A stretch of DNA of 52,781 nt from Dehalococcoidia bacterium (GCA_030611085.1 JAUWQI010000006.1:1-52781), one strand, 5' to 3'. Shown: positions 8,585 through 17,585, counted from the first letter of the stretch. A program made the numbers and translations. Notes: a model not told the origin generated them from the sequence alone.

Positions 8585-9691
8585 CTAGCCAAGGCATTTC
8601 CAGTAGTCTTTATGGTATTTTTTAATCTGCTCCACGACTTTCTTCGTGGCTTCAAATGAAGGGTCTGTTTGAAATCTTTGTGGAATGGGAAGTGGTTCCT
8701 CTACGCCGATTTTGAAATCAGCTAGTCCAGATATTAAAGCCAGCCAGGCATAAGGTAAAACTTCCTTGTTGTAGCCAGAACCAATTATGTCGATTTCTTT
8801 GCCCTGGCAGATTTGAACCATTTCTCTGACTTTCTCACCAATCATTCTGAACCCTTTTACAGATAGCCCCAAGTTGGTCAATCCGTCAGCGAAATGAGGG
8901 TCAGAGCCTCCATTTCTGATAATAATTTGAGGTTTGAATTCTCTGGCTACCGGTTGGACTATTTCCTCGAAAACCAATTGGTAAGAGTCATAGCCAGCAT
9001 AAATTGGCATGGGGAGATTGATAGTGTATCCTTTGCCAGCACCCTCTCCAATTTCATCAGCAAAACCCACTCCGGGATACAAAGTTCTTGGGTCCTGATG
9101 CAGATCGATAAATAGCACCTTTGGGTCGGAATAAAAATATTCACAGGTTCCATTTCCCTGGTGAGCATCAGTATCCAAAATTAAAATCCTTTCCACTCCG
9201 TACCTTTCCATTGAATATTTAGCGGCAAAGGCATTATCATTGTAAATGCAGAATCCTTCACCATAGCTTGGTTTAGCATGATGCATATTCCCACCAATAC
9301 ATATCACCTTTTCATATTCACCGGCCTGGATTAAGTCTACTGCCTTCTTTGCCTGGCCGATCATCAATCTTGCCGCTTCCTCCAATCTTCCTGGTTTGCC
9401 CCTTGGCATATTGTCTCCTGAATGGTATCGAGAAAAACTTCCGGGATAAGTTAAACCTAAATTGGCAGCCTTGAAATAACCCCTGGTGAAATCAATGTAA
9501 TCCTTATGGCAAATTAGCCCTAAATCCTCATCTATGGCTTGTTCTGCCTTCAGGATTCTATAGTTATCATCCTCAGGTAAGTTCTCTTCAAGAAACTTAG
9601 GGAATATTTCATATCTGTCGCCTCGAAAGGGATGACCAGGTCCGAAATCATATTCCTTTAGTTCTTCTCGATATAAAATTGCTATTGCCAT
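8585..9691 (-). CDS. Histone deacetylase / AcuC-like Zn-dependent deacylase
   Basis: GHPF, GGNMHHA, GFCIYND, DTDAHQGNG, GGSDPH, GSGY. Confidence 0.9.
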   Translation of the reverse strand: MAIAILYREELKEYDFGPGHPFRGDRYEIFPKFLEENLPEDDNYRILKAEQAIDEDLGLICHKDYIDFTRGYFKAANLGLTYPGSFSRYHSGDNMPRGKPGRLEEAARLMIGQAKKAVDLIQAGEYEKVICIGGNMHHAKPSYGEGFCIYNDNAFAAKYSMERYGVERILILDTDAHQGNGTCEYFYSDPKVLFIDLHQDPRTLYPGVGFADEIGEGAGKGYTINLPMPIYAGYDSYQLVFEEIVQPVAREFKPQIIIRNGGSDPHFADGLTNLGLSVKGFRMIGEKVREMVQICQGKEIDIIGSGYNKEVLPYAWLALISGLADFKIGVEEPLPIPQRFQTDPSFEATKKVVEQIKKYHKDYWKCLG

Positions 9692-9734
9692 TCCACCTCC
9701 TCTCCGAATAGGAGACTATTTTGCAAAACCTCTA

Positions 9735-9868
9735 TGTCATTCTGAGCCCTTCGCTTTTTGTCATTCTGCGCGTAGCGAAGAATCTCACCGCTCAGGACAG
9801 GCTCCGCGAAGAATCCAGGCCATTCGCTTGCCTCTTCGCTTCGCTCAGAGCTTCGGCTCAGGGTGACA
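9735..9868. repeat. Family A composite (nested) doublet
   Basis: TGTCATTCTGAG...[TGTCATTCTGCGCGTAGCGAAGAATCTC]...CTTCGGCTCAGGGTGACA. Confidence 0.88.
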
Positions 9869-9880
9869 AGATAAACAACC

Positions 9881-11038
9881 TCAATCAGGCGAAAGGAATC
9901 GGGAGATTATTTCAGCCAAATCCTCGATATCCTTCTGATAGACAAATTCATCCTTGCCGTGGATATTGCATTCCGCTCTGATTACCCCCAGTCCAAATTC
10001 CTTAGCCCCCCATTCCGAGGTAACGATGTAAGGCAAATCTCCGGAGCCCATTTCGCCAAACTTGCCACTTTGCCCGATAACTTCTTTGATTGTGCTGGCT
10101 AGCTCATCCACAATAGGGTCCTGGCAAGGGAGTACAGTGGGAATTCGGTAAATTCTTTCCACCTCCCAATTTACTCCTTTGACTGAGGCGAGAGTATCCA
10201 TCAATTCTTTTTCTGCCTCCTCTATATTTTCCTCAGGAATCAATCTTCTATCTACAGAAATTAGACATTGATCGGGAATAATGTTGACTTTGAGCCCGCC
10301 TTCAATCTTATTTATATTCAATCTCGATTCCATTTTGGCAAGTCCTGTGTCGGGATGGACAGCAATGGTTGATTTTCTCTGCGCCACCTTACTTTTAAGG
10401 TTGAGAAGGGTTGTCACCAAAAGGTTTGCTTTCTCTACAGCATTCTCTCCCAAGTGAGATAACCCTGAGTGAACTGACTTTCCGTTCACCTTGATATCCA
10501 TATGAATCACTCCAAGGTTAGCTATTCCCACATAACCGAAGCTAGAATCAAGACTAAAGATATAACCCCCAGCCACAGGTTGTAAAAATTGAGTTAAATA
10601 GCGAATTTGGCTAGCCTGGCTTATCTCCTCATCAGTGGTAATCATTACCGAGGTGTCGTATTTCAAAGGTTTCCCCTTGAGCTTTCCCAAACCGAGAAGC
10701 AAGGCGATAATTGCTCCTTTCATATCCGCTGCCCCTCGACCATAGATTTTCCCATCGGCCACTCTAGGACAGAAAGCATCCCATCCTTCGGCAGGAACTA
10801 CATCAATGTGACCATAGAAAATTAACCTTGGCTTTTGGGGCTCCCTCCTACGGCAGATAAGATTGACTCTTCCTTCTCTTCCCTCAGCATATTCTTCAGG
10901 AATATAAATCTTCTGAGCTTCGAAGTCTGCACCCTCAAACAAAGGTTGAAGATAATCAATTACCTTGCCATAATTCAAGCCCGGTGGAACAGAAGTATCA
11001 ATTGAAATAATATCTTTTAAAACTTTGACATAGTCCAT
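9881..11038 (-). CDS. M20 metallopeptidase/deacylase (ArgE/DapE-like)
   Basis: GHIDVVP, GRGAADMKG, TDEE, G.SVHSG, NIHGKDE. Confidence 0.92.
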   Translation of the reverse strand: MDYVKVLKDIISIDTSVPPGLNYGKVIDYLQPLFEGADFEAQKIYIPEEYAEGREGRVNLICRRREPQKPRLIFYGHIDVVPAEGWDAFCPRVADGKIYGRGAADMKGAIIALLLGLGKLKGKPLKYDTSVMITTDEEISQASQIRYLTQFLQPVAGGYIFSLDSSFGYVGIANLGVIHMDIKVNGKSVHSGLSHLGENAVEKANLLVTTLLNLKSKVAQRKSTIAVHPDTGLAKMESRLNINKIEGGLKVNIIPDQCLISVDRRLIPEENIEEAEKELMDTLASVKGVNWEVERIYRIPTVLPCQDPIVDELASTIKEVIGQSGKFGEMGSGDLPYIVTSEWGAKEFGLGVIRAECNIHGKDEFVYQKDIEDLAEIISRFLSPD

Positions 11039-11059
11039 CTTACGCCTCCCGATGATATC

Positions 11060-11123
11060 TCACCCTCCAATTTTTGTAGTTGTCTGATTCATCAGGCTTA
11101 GCCCAATAAATTGGGCAACTACA
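11060..11123 (-). repeat. Family B REP doublet (left flank of hicBA)
   Basis: Core 11075-11123 TGTAGTTGTCTGATTCATCAGGCTTAGCCCAATAAATTGGGCAACTACA. Confidence 0.9.
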
Positions 11124-11126
11124 TTT

Positions 11127-11328
11127 CTATACAGCTCTATACAGCTCTATACAGCCTCATTTTTTGTCTTCCCTTGCCCCTGCCAACTGCCAACTATTAA
11201 CCGCGTTTACAAGGTTCATAAAATTCATAAGGTTCAAAGGTTTGTAAAGTTTCACCCCCACCTTCAAACTTTCTAACCTGCAACCTTCTAACCTTCCAAC
11301 CTCTGTCTTTAACCTCCTAACTTGCCAG
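11127..11328. repeat. Patchwork of 10-, 7-, 9- and 8-bp degenerate tandem repeats
   Basis: (CTATACAGCT)x3; CTGCCAA CTGCCAA CTATTAA; GTTTACAAG GTTCATAAA ATTCATAAG; ACCTTCAA ACTTTCTA ACCTTCTA ACCTTCCA. Confidence 0.8.
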
Positions 11329-11351
11329 CCTTTTACCCTTTCTGCTATGCT
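11322..11351 (+). promoter_or_regulatory. Putative hicBA promoter
   Basis: TTGCCA-18 bp-TATGCT with an extended TG. Confidence 0.5.
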
Positions 11352-11367
11352 AAAGATGGAGGCTGTT

Positions 11368-11661
11368 ATGAAATTCACTGTTATTTTGGAGCCTGAGGAA
11401 ATTGGATACTCTATCCAGTGTCCTGCTCTGCCTGGCTGTGTTAGCCAGGGTGACAGCCGCGAGGAAGCCCTGTCTAATATTCGGGAGGCTATCGAGGGGA
11501 TTTTAGCTCTGAGAGAGAAGCACAATATGCCTTTCCCAAAAGAGACACCCGAACTTATGGCAAAGGAGATACGTTGCTGCCTTGAGGACCGCAGAGCAGA
11601 AGGACTTCCCCTCACAATTGAAACTGAGGAAGTAGAGGTGTCACCAAAGGTAGCAGTTTGA
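11368..11661 (+). CDS. hicB: HicB family antitoxin
   Basis: FTVILEPEE.GYS..CPALPGCVSQGDSREEAL.NIREAI; SD GGAGG. Confidence 0.92.
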   Translation: MKFTVILEPEEIGYSIQCPALPGCVSQGDSREEALSNIREAIEGILALREKHNMPFPKETPELMAKEIRCCLEDRRAEGLPLTIETEEVEVSPKVAV

Positions 11662-11882
11662 TGGCGAAGCTGCCTGTAGTAAAAGGAGATGCCGCCATCA
11701 AAGCTTTCGGGGAGGCTGGGTTTCACCTTGATCATTGGAGTGGAAGACATGCTATTCTTTATCATCCAGACAGGCGTCACCTTAGCATCCCAGGTGGAAA
11801 GAAAGAGCTTAAGGCGGGTACCTTGCGAACCTTGATCCGCAAAGCTGAACTTACCGTCGATGAATTTACCAAACTCCTCTAG
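11661..11882 (+). CDS. hicA: HicA family toxin (mRNA interferase)
   Basis: MAKLP...GF....SGRH..L....IP...EL.GTLR.LI..A.LTVDEF; start overlaps the hicB stop. Confidence 0.9.
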   Translation: MAKLPVVKGDAAIKAFGEAGFHLDHWSGRHAILYHPDRRHLSIPGGKKELKAGTLRTLIRKAELTVDEFTKLL

Positions 11883-11917
11883 TCCTCTCGTTGCTCTCAA
11901 CTTTCCCTCTTTACAAG

Positions 11918-12063
11918 ATTCTAATATCTAAGCTCTAAATACTAAGTTTCCTCTCTGTCATTGCGAGCATTTTGTAGGGGAGGATCTTGTACCCTCCCAA
12001 GGGATAAGGTGGGGATAAACCCCGCCACTACGGCTGCGAGGTGGAAGTTTTGCATTTTGATTG
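11918..12063. repeat. Stacked repeats: 7-mer arm, family A head, GTAG REP doublet (family D), TTTTGCATTTTGA arm
   Basis: ATTCTAATATCTAAGCTCTAAATACTAA; TGTCATTGCGAG at 11956; GTAGGGGAGGATCTTGTACCCTCCC...GGTGGGGATAAACCCCGCCACTAC at 11974-12031. Confidence 0.8.
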
Positions 12064-12083
12064 CTCGTTCAATTTACGCATTC

Positions 12084-12132
12084 TGTAGTTGCCTGATTCA
12101 TCAGGCTTAGCCCAATAAATTGGGCAACTACA
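12084..12132 (-). repeat. Family B REP doublet (right flank of hicBA)
   Basis: 48/49 identical to 11075-11123, same orientation. Confidence 0.92.
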
Positions 12133-12189
12133 TTTTTGGACAGTTTCTATTTCACAATTGCCTCAACCCATATTATAGTATAGCAGTAA

Positions 12190-12438
12190 ATGTCGCTGAC
12201 TGATGCCTTCCAGCACTCAGAAAACTGCGACCTTTTCATAGTCGTTGGCTCCAGCCTTGTGGTCACTCCGGCTGCCGACATACCCAAGGTGGCTCTAGCA
12301 CATGGAGCCAGACTGGTAATCATCAATCAAGGCGAAACTCCCTTCGACCGAGTGGCTCACTTGCAATTCCAGGAAAGCATAGGAGAGGTCCTGCCTCCAG
12401 TGGTGGCACAGCTAAAGGAACTAATGAAAGCATCATGA
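12190..12438 (+). pseudogene. C-terminal fragment of a Sir2/CobB sirtuin
   Basis: CDLFIVVGSSLVVTPAA and LVIINQGETPFD present; the GAGIS, QNID and Zn-ribbon parts are absent. Confidence 0.8.
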
Positions 12439-12677
12439 CCATCCAGGAAAAGCTCTCCCAGGGGGCAAGTTACTCTCAGGAACTGAGTCTGAACTTAAGA
12501 AAAGAAGAAGATAGGTTTAAGTAGTTTCTGGCTTCAATCCAGTGAAGCTAATCCATAAGCAGCATAGCTTCCTGCCGGTCCTGCTCCTACTATAATGCCA
12601 TCATAAAATTGGCTTGCCAACCTGGCACTACTTACCCAAATTCCTGTTCTCTATGTTAACATAGGAAACGGATGTAA

Positions 12678-14228
12678 ATGAATATCCTTCTCATTGACCC
12701 GAAAATTAACGCTTGGGGATATAGTGCTCCAAAAAGCATAGACCCCTTTGGCCTTATCTGCGTGGCTACATACCTTAACCACACTGGGCAAAAGACCGAA
12801 ATCCTCGATATGAATGCCAGCCAGGTGAGTTGGGAGAACCTTCCTTTAGTAATTAAAGAAAAGAACCCTGATATTGTGGGAGTTCCTAGCTCTATGAATT
12901 GCTATGTTCCTGAATCTTTGAGAGTGGTCAAAATAGCCAAATCAGTCAACCCCGCTATCATCACCCTTGGCGGGGGAATAAACTTTACTCTTAACAGCAT
13001 AAATATAATGAAGCAAGCCCCCGGGCTTGATTTTATTGTTAGAGGGGATGGGGAATATACCACATTGGAACTGATAAAGGCGCTAGAGAATGGAGGGAAA
13101 GAGTTAGACAAAATTTTGGGCATAACCTACCGCAGTGAGGGAGAAATTAGCGTCAACCCCGAGCGTTCCCCAATTATGGATTTAGATTCGCTTCCCCTGC
13201 CTGATTGGGACCTCTTAGATATGGACAAGTACGGGGTGAACGCATTCCCTCCACAGTGGGGGAAACAAATAATGCTTACTATATCCCGTGGCTGCCCTAA
13301 CCACTGTCGTTATTGTGCCCCAACTTTAGCTGCTCAGAGGTATCGGGAATTGAGCGCAGAAAGAGCCCTCGAGATACTTACTATCCTGAGGCGGAAGTAT
13401 GACCGCAGGATGATTTGGCTGAACGACCTCACTTTTGGCGTGAACGAGGAAAGGACAGTTAAGCTTTTAGAAGGGATTATCAGGGATAAACTGGATATCA
13501 ATGTTGTTGTTGATATGACAGCGGAGCTAGTCATTAAGCGGCAAAATTTGCTGCCTCTGATGAAGAGGGCAGGATTTCAGTATATAGATATCGGTGTGGA
13601 ATCCCCGATAGAGGAAGACCATAGAAAATACCAGGATAAAGCTAAGGGCTGGCATAAGGCTGAGGAGGCTTTTCGTCTCCTCAGGAAAAACAAAATACTC
13701 CCTGCGGGCTATTTTATGATTGGAGAGGTGGAACATACGGCAAAGGAAATCCGCCGTATTCGTGAGCTTGCTGAAAAACTCGACCCTGCCATAGCTTACT
13801 TTTGCTTTGTCAATCCTCAACCAGGCACTCCTTATCATGAAGATGTTAAGGACTATATTATCACCGAAGACCTCTCTTGTTATAACGAATCTGGGCCTGT
13901 GATGAAGTATCCCCATCTCAGTGATAACCAGATAAGGATGCTTTATCGAGAGGTATGGACAAGCTACTATGCCCGACCAACCAGGATATTACGAAGGCTC
14001 CTCTTTGGGGGAACCCAAGGGAGGTCATTTTATTCTACGGTAGCCTTCCAGAAGAAATGGGGCTGGGAGTTGGAGGAGGTTTGGAGGAGAACGGGATGGC
14101 AAGGTTGGGGGGAGAAATATGGCGAACTCAAGAAATGGGCAAGGAAGGAACTGGGACTTACAGGTTTCATTCCCTGGCTGGAAGAGCTAGGGAAATCTAT
14201 TCTAAAACGCCTGGGGAAGACAGGATAA
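12678..14228 (+). CDS. B12-binding domain radical SAM protein
   Basis: N-terminal cobalamin-binding domain (P.GL..VATYL, LGG, D.IVRGDGE), SRGCPNHCRYC, IGVES, PQPGTP. Confidence 0.9.
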   Translation: MNILLIDPKINAWGYSAPKSIDPFGLICVATYLNHTGQKTEILDMNASQVSWENLPLVIKEKNPDIVGVPSSMNCYVPESLRVVKIAKSVNPAIITLGGGINFTLNSINIMKQAPGLDFIVRGDGEYTTLELIKALENGGKELDKILGITYRSEGEISVNPERSPIMDLDSLPLPDWDLLDMDKYGVNAFPPQWGKQIMLTISRGCPNHCRYCAPTLAAQRYRELSAERALEILTILRRKYDRRMIWLNDLTFGVNEERTVKLLEGIIRDKLDINVVVDMTAELVIKRQNLLPLMKRAGFQYIDIGVESPIEEDHRKYQDKAKGWHKAEEAFRLLRKNKILPAGYFMIGEVEHTAKEIRRIRELAEKLDPAIAYFCFVNPQPGTPYHEDVKDYIITEDLSCYNESGPVMKYPHLSDNQIRMLYREVWTSYYARPTRILRRLLFGGTQGRSFYSTVAFQKKWGWELEEVWRRTGWQGWGEKYGELKKWARKELGLTGFIPWLEELGKSILKRLGKTG

Positions 14229-14331
14229 GGAAAGAAACGCTTAAGCTGATTCAGCTTAAGCCATCAAGACCAGCTTATTATCTTTCTTATTGCTGCTAGT
14301 TTAGTTAAAATAGGAATAACTGTTCAGATGG

Positions 14332-14397
14332 TGTCATTCTGAGGGAGCATAACGACCGAAGAATCTCTTGAGACCCTTCGCTTCGCTCAGAGTGACA
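14332..14397. repeat. Family A inverted doublet
   Basis: TGTCATTCTGAG...GAAGAATCTC-TT-GAGACCCTTCGCTTCGCTCAGAGTGACA. Confidence 0.9.
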
Positions 14398-14435
14398 CAA
14401 GGAGTGACTGAACATTTACAAATAGGATAGAAGCT

Positions 14436-15170
14436 ATGAGCAACTCATATAGCCAATTGGGCTTGGGATTAGCCTTAGCCGGAGCAGCCCTTATCCCAAC
14501 AGCATATCTGTTATTGAGCTCCATCCCGTTAACTGCTCTAGGAATTTCCCTGACGGTATTAGGGGTGATTTGCTTAGTTTTGGGGAGAACCCGCCCCAGG
14601 ATTCCCCCCGAAGTAAGCAGCCTTCTTATGGAAACTGGTTTGGAGAACCTAGCTTCGTTACTAGAGGAGTTAGGCTTAAAATCAAAGGGAATGTATTTGC
14701 CCTCCTCACTGACCAGCAATCAGCCTCAAGCTCTCATCCCCTTACATTCTAATCCGGAGTTCCCCCAATTAAAGCAAGCTGTGCCCAAAAGGCTGATAGT
14801 GCAATATGGCCCCAACCCAGAGAATATTGGCTTGCTGGTAACCACAGTTGGCTCAAACATCATAAATATGCTGGAATCCAAACCAGGCTCATCTTCAGAG
14901 GAGATAAGTGCTGCCCTCACCACTATTCTGGTGGGGACGCTCGATGTAGCTGATGGGGTTAAGGTTCATTTAGGTGATAATAGCACAGTGGTCACCATCT
15001 CTCACCCTCGACTGGAATACAAAAACACCTGGCTTTGTGAAAGTCTGGGAAGCCCTCTAGCTTGCGTAACTGCCTCTTTAGTTGCTGAGGCTCTAGATAC
15101 GCCTGTCATAGTGGAAAGGGAGGAGCAAAGGCGGGGAGAAAATCTTATCGAGCTACACATCTTAAGGTGA
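14436..15170 (+). CDS. Membrane protein, 2 N-terminal TM helices plus soluble domain (possibly V4R-like C-terminus)
   Basis: Two hydrophobic helices; C-terminal LGSPLAC..AS.VAEALD motif. Confidence 0.7.
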   Translation: MSNSYSQLGLGLALAGAALIPTAYLLLSSIPLTALGISLTVLGVICLVLGRTRPRIPPEVSSLLMETGLENLASLLEELGLKSKGMYLPSSLTSNQPQALIPLHSNPEFPQLKQAVPKRLIVQYGPNPENIGLLVTTVGSNIINMLESKPGSSSEEISAALTTILVGTLDVADGVKVHLGDNSTVVTISHPRLEYKNTWLCESLGSPLACVTASLVAEALDTPVIVEREEQRRGENLIELHILR

Positions 15171-15184
15171 AAAACTCTTGTATT

Positions 15185-15251
15185 TGTCATTCCGAATGAA
15201 CTGAAGCGGAATGAAGAATCTCAGAGATTCTTCGCTGCGCTCAGAATGACA
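15185..15251. repeat. Family A inverted doublet
   Basis: TGTCATTCCGAA...GAAGAATCTC-A-GAGATTCTTCGCTGCGCTCAGAATGACA. Confidence 0.9.
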
Positions 15252-15285
15252 GAATGGCGCAGAATGAGAGAAGGTAATATTAGGA

Positions 15286-15552
15286 ATGAAAATCTACGAC
15301 AAGTACATCCTCATATTAGCGGGCCTTCTCTTAGCGACTACCGTTATCGTGGCAGCCTTAGGTGAAGCTCAATTAGACCTTTACTTTTCCATATATGTCA
15401 TAGAAGCTCTGGTTCTCACCGAGCTATATGTTTATCTCAACCCCAAGGCAAAGAGAGGACTAAATAAGGTAAATTATGCGTTGTTCGCCGGGTTCCTGGT
15501 CATTGTAGCAGCAAAAGTAGTAGAGATACTCTGGGGCATCAAGATATTATGA
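15286..15552 (+). CDS. Small 3-TM membrane protein
   Basis: Three hydrophobic segments; ATGA overlap with the next gene. Confidence 0.75.
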   Translation: MKIYDKYILILAGLLLATTVIVAALGEAQLDLYFSIYVIEALVLTELYVYLNPKAKRGLNKVNYALFAGFLVIVAAKVVEILWGIKIL

Positions 15553-17504
15553 AAAGGCTAGCAGCAATCTCGCTTAGTATAATCCTGATATCTTTAGCTT
15601 CATGGGGAGCGATTACGGCAGCAACTAATAATATCCCCCACGAAAACCCTTCCACCACCGAAACTCGCTTTGCTTTTGTCTTACCTTCCTTGCTTCATTA
15701 CAGCGAAATCTTAAATCAAGTAGCGAAGGGGGATTACTCCGAGGCAAGAGCTCTAATCCAGCAATTGAATCTAGATTATGCTCACCTCCCTGAGGAGATA
15801 AGGTTCATTATGGCGAGGTATAACGATTTAATCACTGAGTTGACACAAAAGCTGGATAGACTGGATGGTACGCTTGATGAGTGTGAAGTTCTTCTTTCCC
15901 AAAACAAGCTTGAGGATGCCCGTCCTAAGCTTAGCCAAGCAAAATGGCTCATTGATGAGGCGGCAGGCATTGTAGAGGATACCAGCAAAGCTACAGATGA
16001 GCTGCTTCACCGCCTGGCGCCTTTTATTCCTCCCCAAGAGGTTAGAGTTGTAAATGAAGCAAAGGCACGACTTTACAAAGCAGTAGAGAGACTTAAGGAG
16101 CTTGAAAGCTGGTACAGAGATAAGTTACAAAGCTTTGAGACCACAATGGAGGAGAAAGAGGAGCTATTAAGCACTGAAGTGACTCTGGATGTGAATCCTG
16201 CTGAGGTTTGGGTAGGAGGTTCGGTTTATGTCTCTGGCACTCTTAAGGCTGACGGAAATACACCTCTGGGTACCCGAGATATATCTATACTTCTTGATGG
16301 TAGGTACTTCACCACTGCCACCACAATAAATAATGGCTCATTCATGGCAATGGTTGATATCCCCTACCACTATGTTCCCGAAATGATAGTTCGGGCATCA
16401 TATGTGCCAAAAGGCGAGGACAAAGATATTTTCTTGGCTTCATCGAGCCCCACAGAGAGAATAACTATGTTATTCCACTCCACCCAGCTTGGAGTAGAAA
16501 TCCCTGAAGAAGTGTATCCTGGATTGCCTATGGAGGTAAGCGGCAGGGTAACTTCGGAGGGCAACCTTGCCAACCGCGACATTAGAGCATCATTAGGCGG
16601 AGAAAGTTTCTTTCAAGCTGTTACTGACGAATATGGGTTATTTCGATATCAGGTAACGCTTAGTCCACACGCTTGGGTAGGAGAGCATAAATTGAGCCTC
16701 AGCGTCGCCCCCGAGGATAACTCTTGCTCTGCTGGTTGTTCGGTTGACAAGACCTTAACTGTGGTAAAGGCAATGCCTCAGATAGAGGTTCATGCTCCAA
16801 CTATCGTCGTTCTCCCTCGACCAATTGAAGTAAGTGGAGAGATATATTCTGACCTTCCCCTGCAAGGAGCTGTAGCAATCTTAGAAACAGAAGGGGCTAT
16901 AACCCAAGCAGCTGTGGAGAATGGGAGGTTTCAGGCATGCTTGCATTTGCCCTTTCAGTTTAGCCTCGTGGGCTTTCAAGAATTTAGATTAAGCATCAAA
17001 CCTATAGAGCCATGGCAACTCCCCGCAGGAACCGGGATACGCATTTTCGTTATAAACGCACCCCTTCTTGGAATCATTCTAGCAGTAGCTATTCCTTTGG
17101 GAATAGTGTCCATTAGAAAGAGAAGAAGACCCAGAAGCGAAGGTGGAATCTCCCCAATTCCACCGGAGGTGAGGAGCTTTGCTGAGAACACCCCACTTCT
17201 TCATAAGCCTGAGACAAAGTTAGAAGGCACCACGGGAACTATCTTACAGGCATATTTCAGGACTGTGAAGGGAGTGGAGAAGATGACCCGGATTTTTATG
17301 AAGCCACAGATGACATTGGGGGAGTTCTTGAAGGAAGTCACACCTAAGCTTAGCAGTGCTGCAGAAGCTTTTGCTGAGTTAACTAACCTTGCTGAAAGGG
17401 TTCTATATTCTCCCTATACGCCGGAAAAGGATGAAGCTTTGAGAGCAGAACAGCTAGCCTCACAAGTGAGGAGAACATGGCTAATAATGTCACCAGTGCC
17501 CTGA
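15549..17504 (+). CDS. DUF4129-domain membrane-anchored protein (helical bundle plus Ig-like repeats)
   Basis: Signal/TM N-terminus, coiled region, beta-rich repeats, TM, C-terminal PQMTLGEF...LT.LAERVLYS. Confidence 0.8.
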   Translation: MKRLAAISLSIILISLASWGAITAATNNIPHENPSTTETRFAFVLPSLLHYSEILNQVAKGDYSEARALIQQLNLDYAHLPEEIRFIMARYNDLITELTQKLDRLDGTLDECEVLLSQNKLEDARPKLSQAKWLIDEAAGIVEDTSKATDELLHRLAPFIPPQEVRVVNEAKARLYKAVERLKELESWYRDKLQSFETTMEEKEELLSTEVTLDVNPAEVWVGGSVYVSGTLKADGNTPLGTRDISILLDGRYFTTATTINNGSFMAMVDIPYHYVPEMIVRASYVPKGEDKDIFLASSSPTERITMLFHSTQLGVEIPEEVYPGLPMEVSGRVTSEGNLANRDIRASLGGESFFQAVTDEYGLFRYQVTLSPHAWVGEHKLSLSVAPEDNSCSAGCSVDKTLTVVKAMPQIEVHAPTIVVLPRPIEVSGEIYSDLPLQGAVAILETEGAITQAAVENGRFQACLHLPFQFSLVGFQEFRLSIKPIEPWQLPAGTGIRIFVINAPLLGIILAVAIPLGIVSIRKRRRPRSEGGISPIPPEVRSFAENTPLLHKPETKLEGTTGTILQAYFRTVKGVEKMTRIFMKPQMTLGEFLKEVTPKLSSAAEAFAELTNLAERVLYSPYTPEKDEALRAEQLASQVRRTWLIMSPVP

Positions 17505-17585
17505 CTCCTGATAGCATGTCCCGGAGGTTCTTTGCTCTGGATGACATTTTAAGAGTGGACTAAAGTAATGATTGAGGAGATATAA

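Noticed and set aside
9721-9981. 86-aa ORF (VILSPSLFVILRVAKNL), and likewise 5322-5519
   Set aside because: Translations of intergenic family A repeats; no independent coding signal.
11157-11900. 247-aa minus-strand ORF
   Set aside because: Antisense shadow of hicBA running into microsatellites.
5586-12132. Family B repeats as a CRISPR array
   Set aside because: Copies are dispersed, occur in both orientations, lack regular spacers, and no cas genes are present.
17477-17563. 28-aa sORF with SD (MANNVTS...) and a TGTCA..TGACA-bounded stem
   Set aside because: Overlaps the DUF4129 gene end, and the interior does not match family A; too weak to call.
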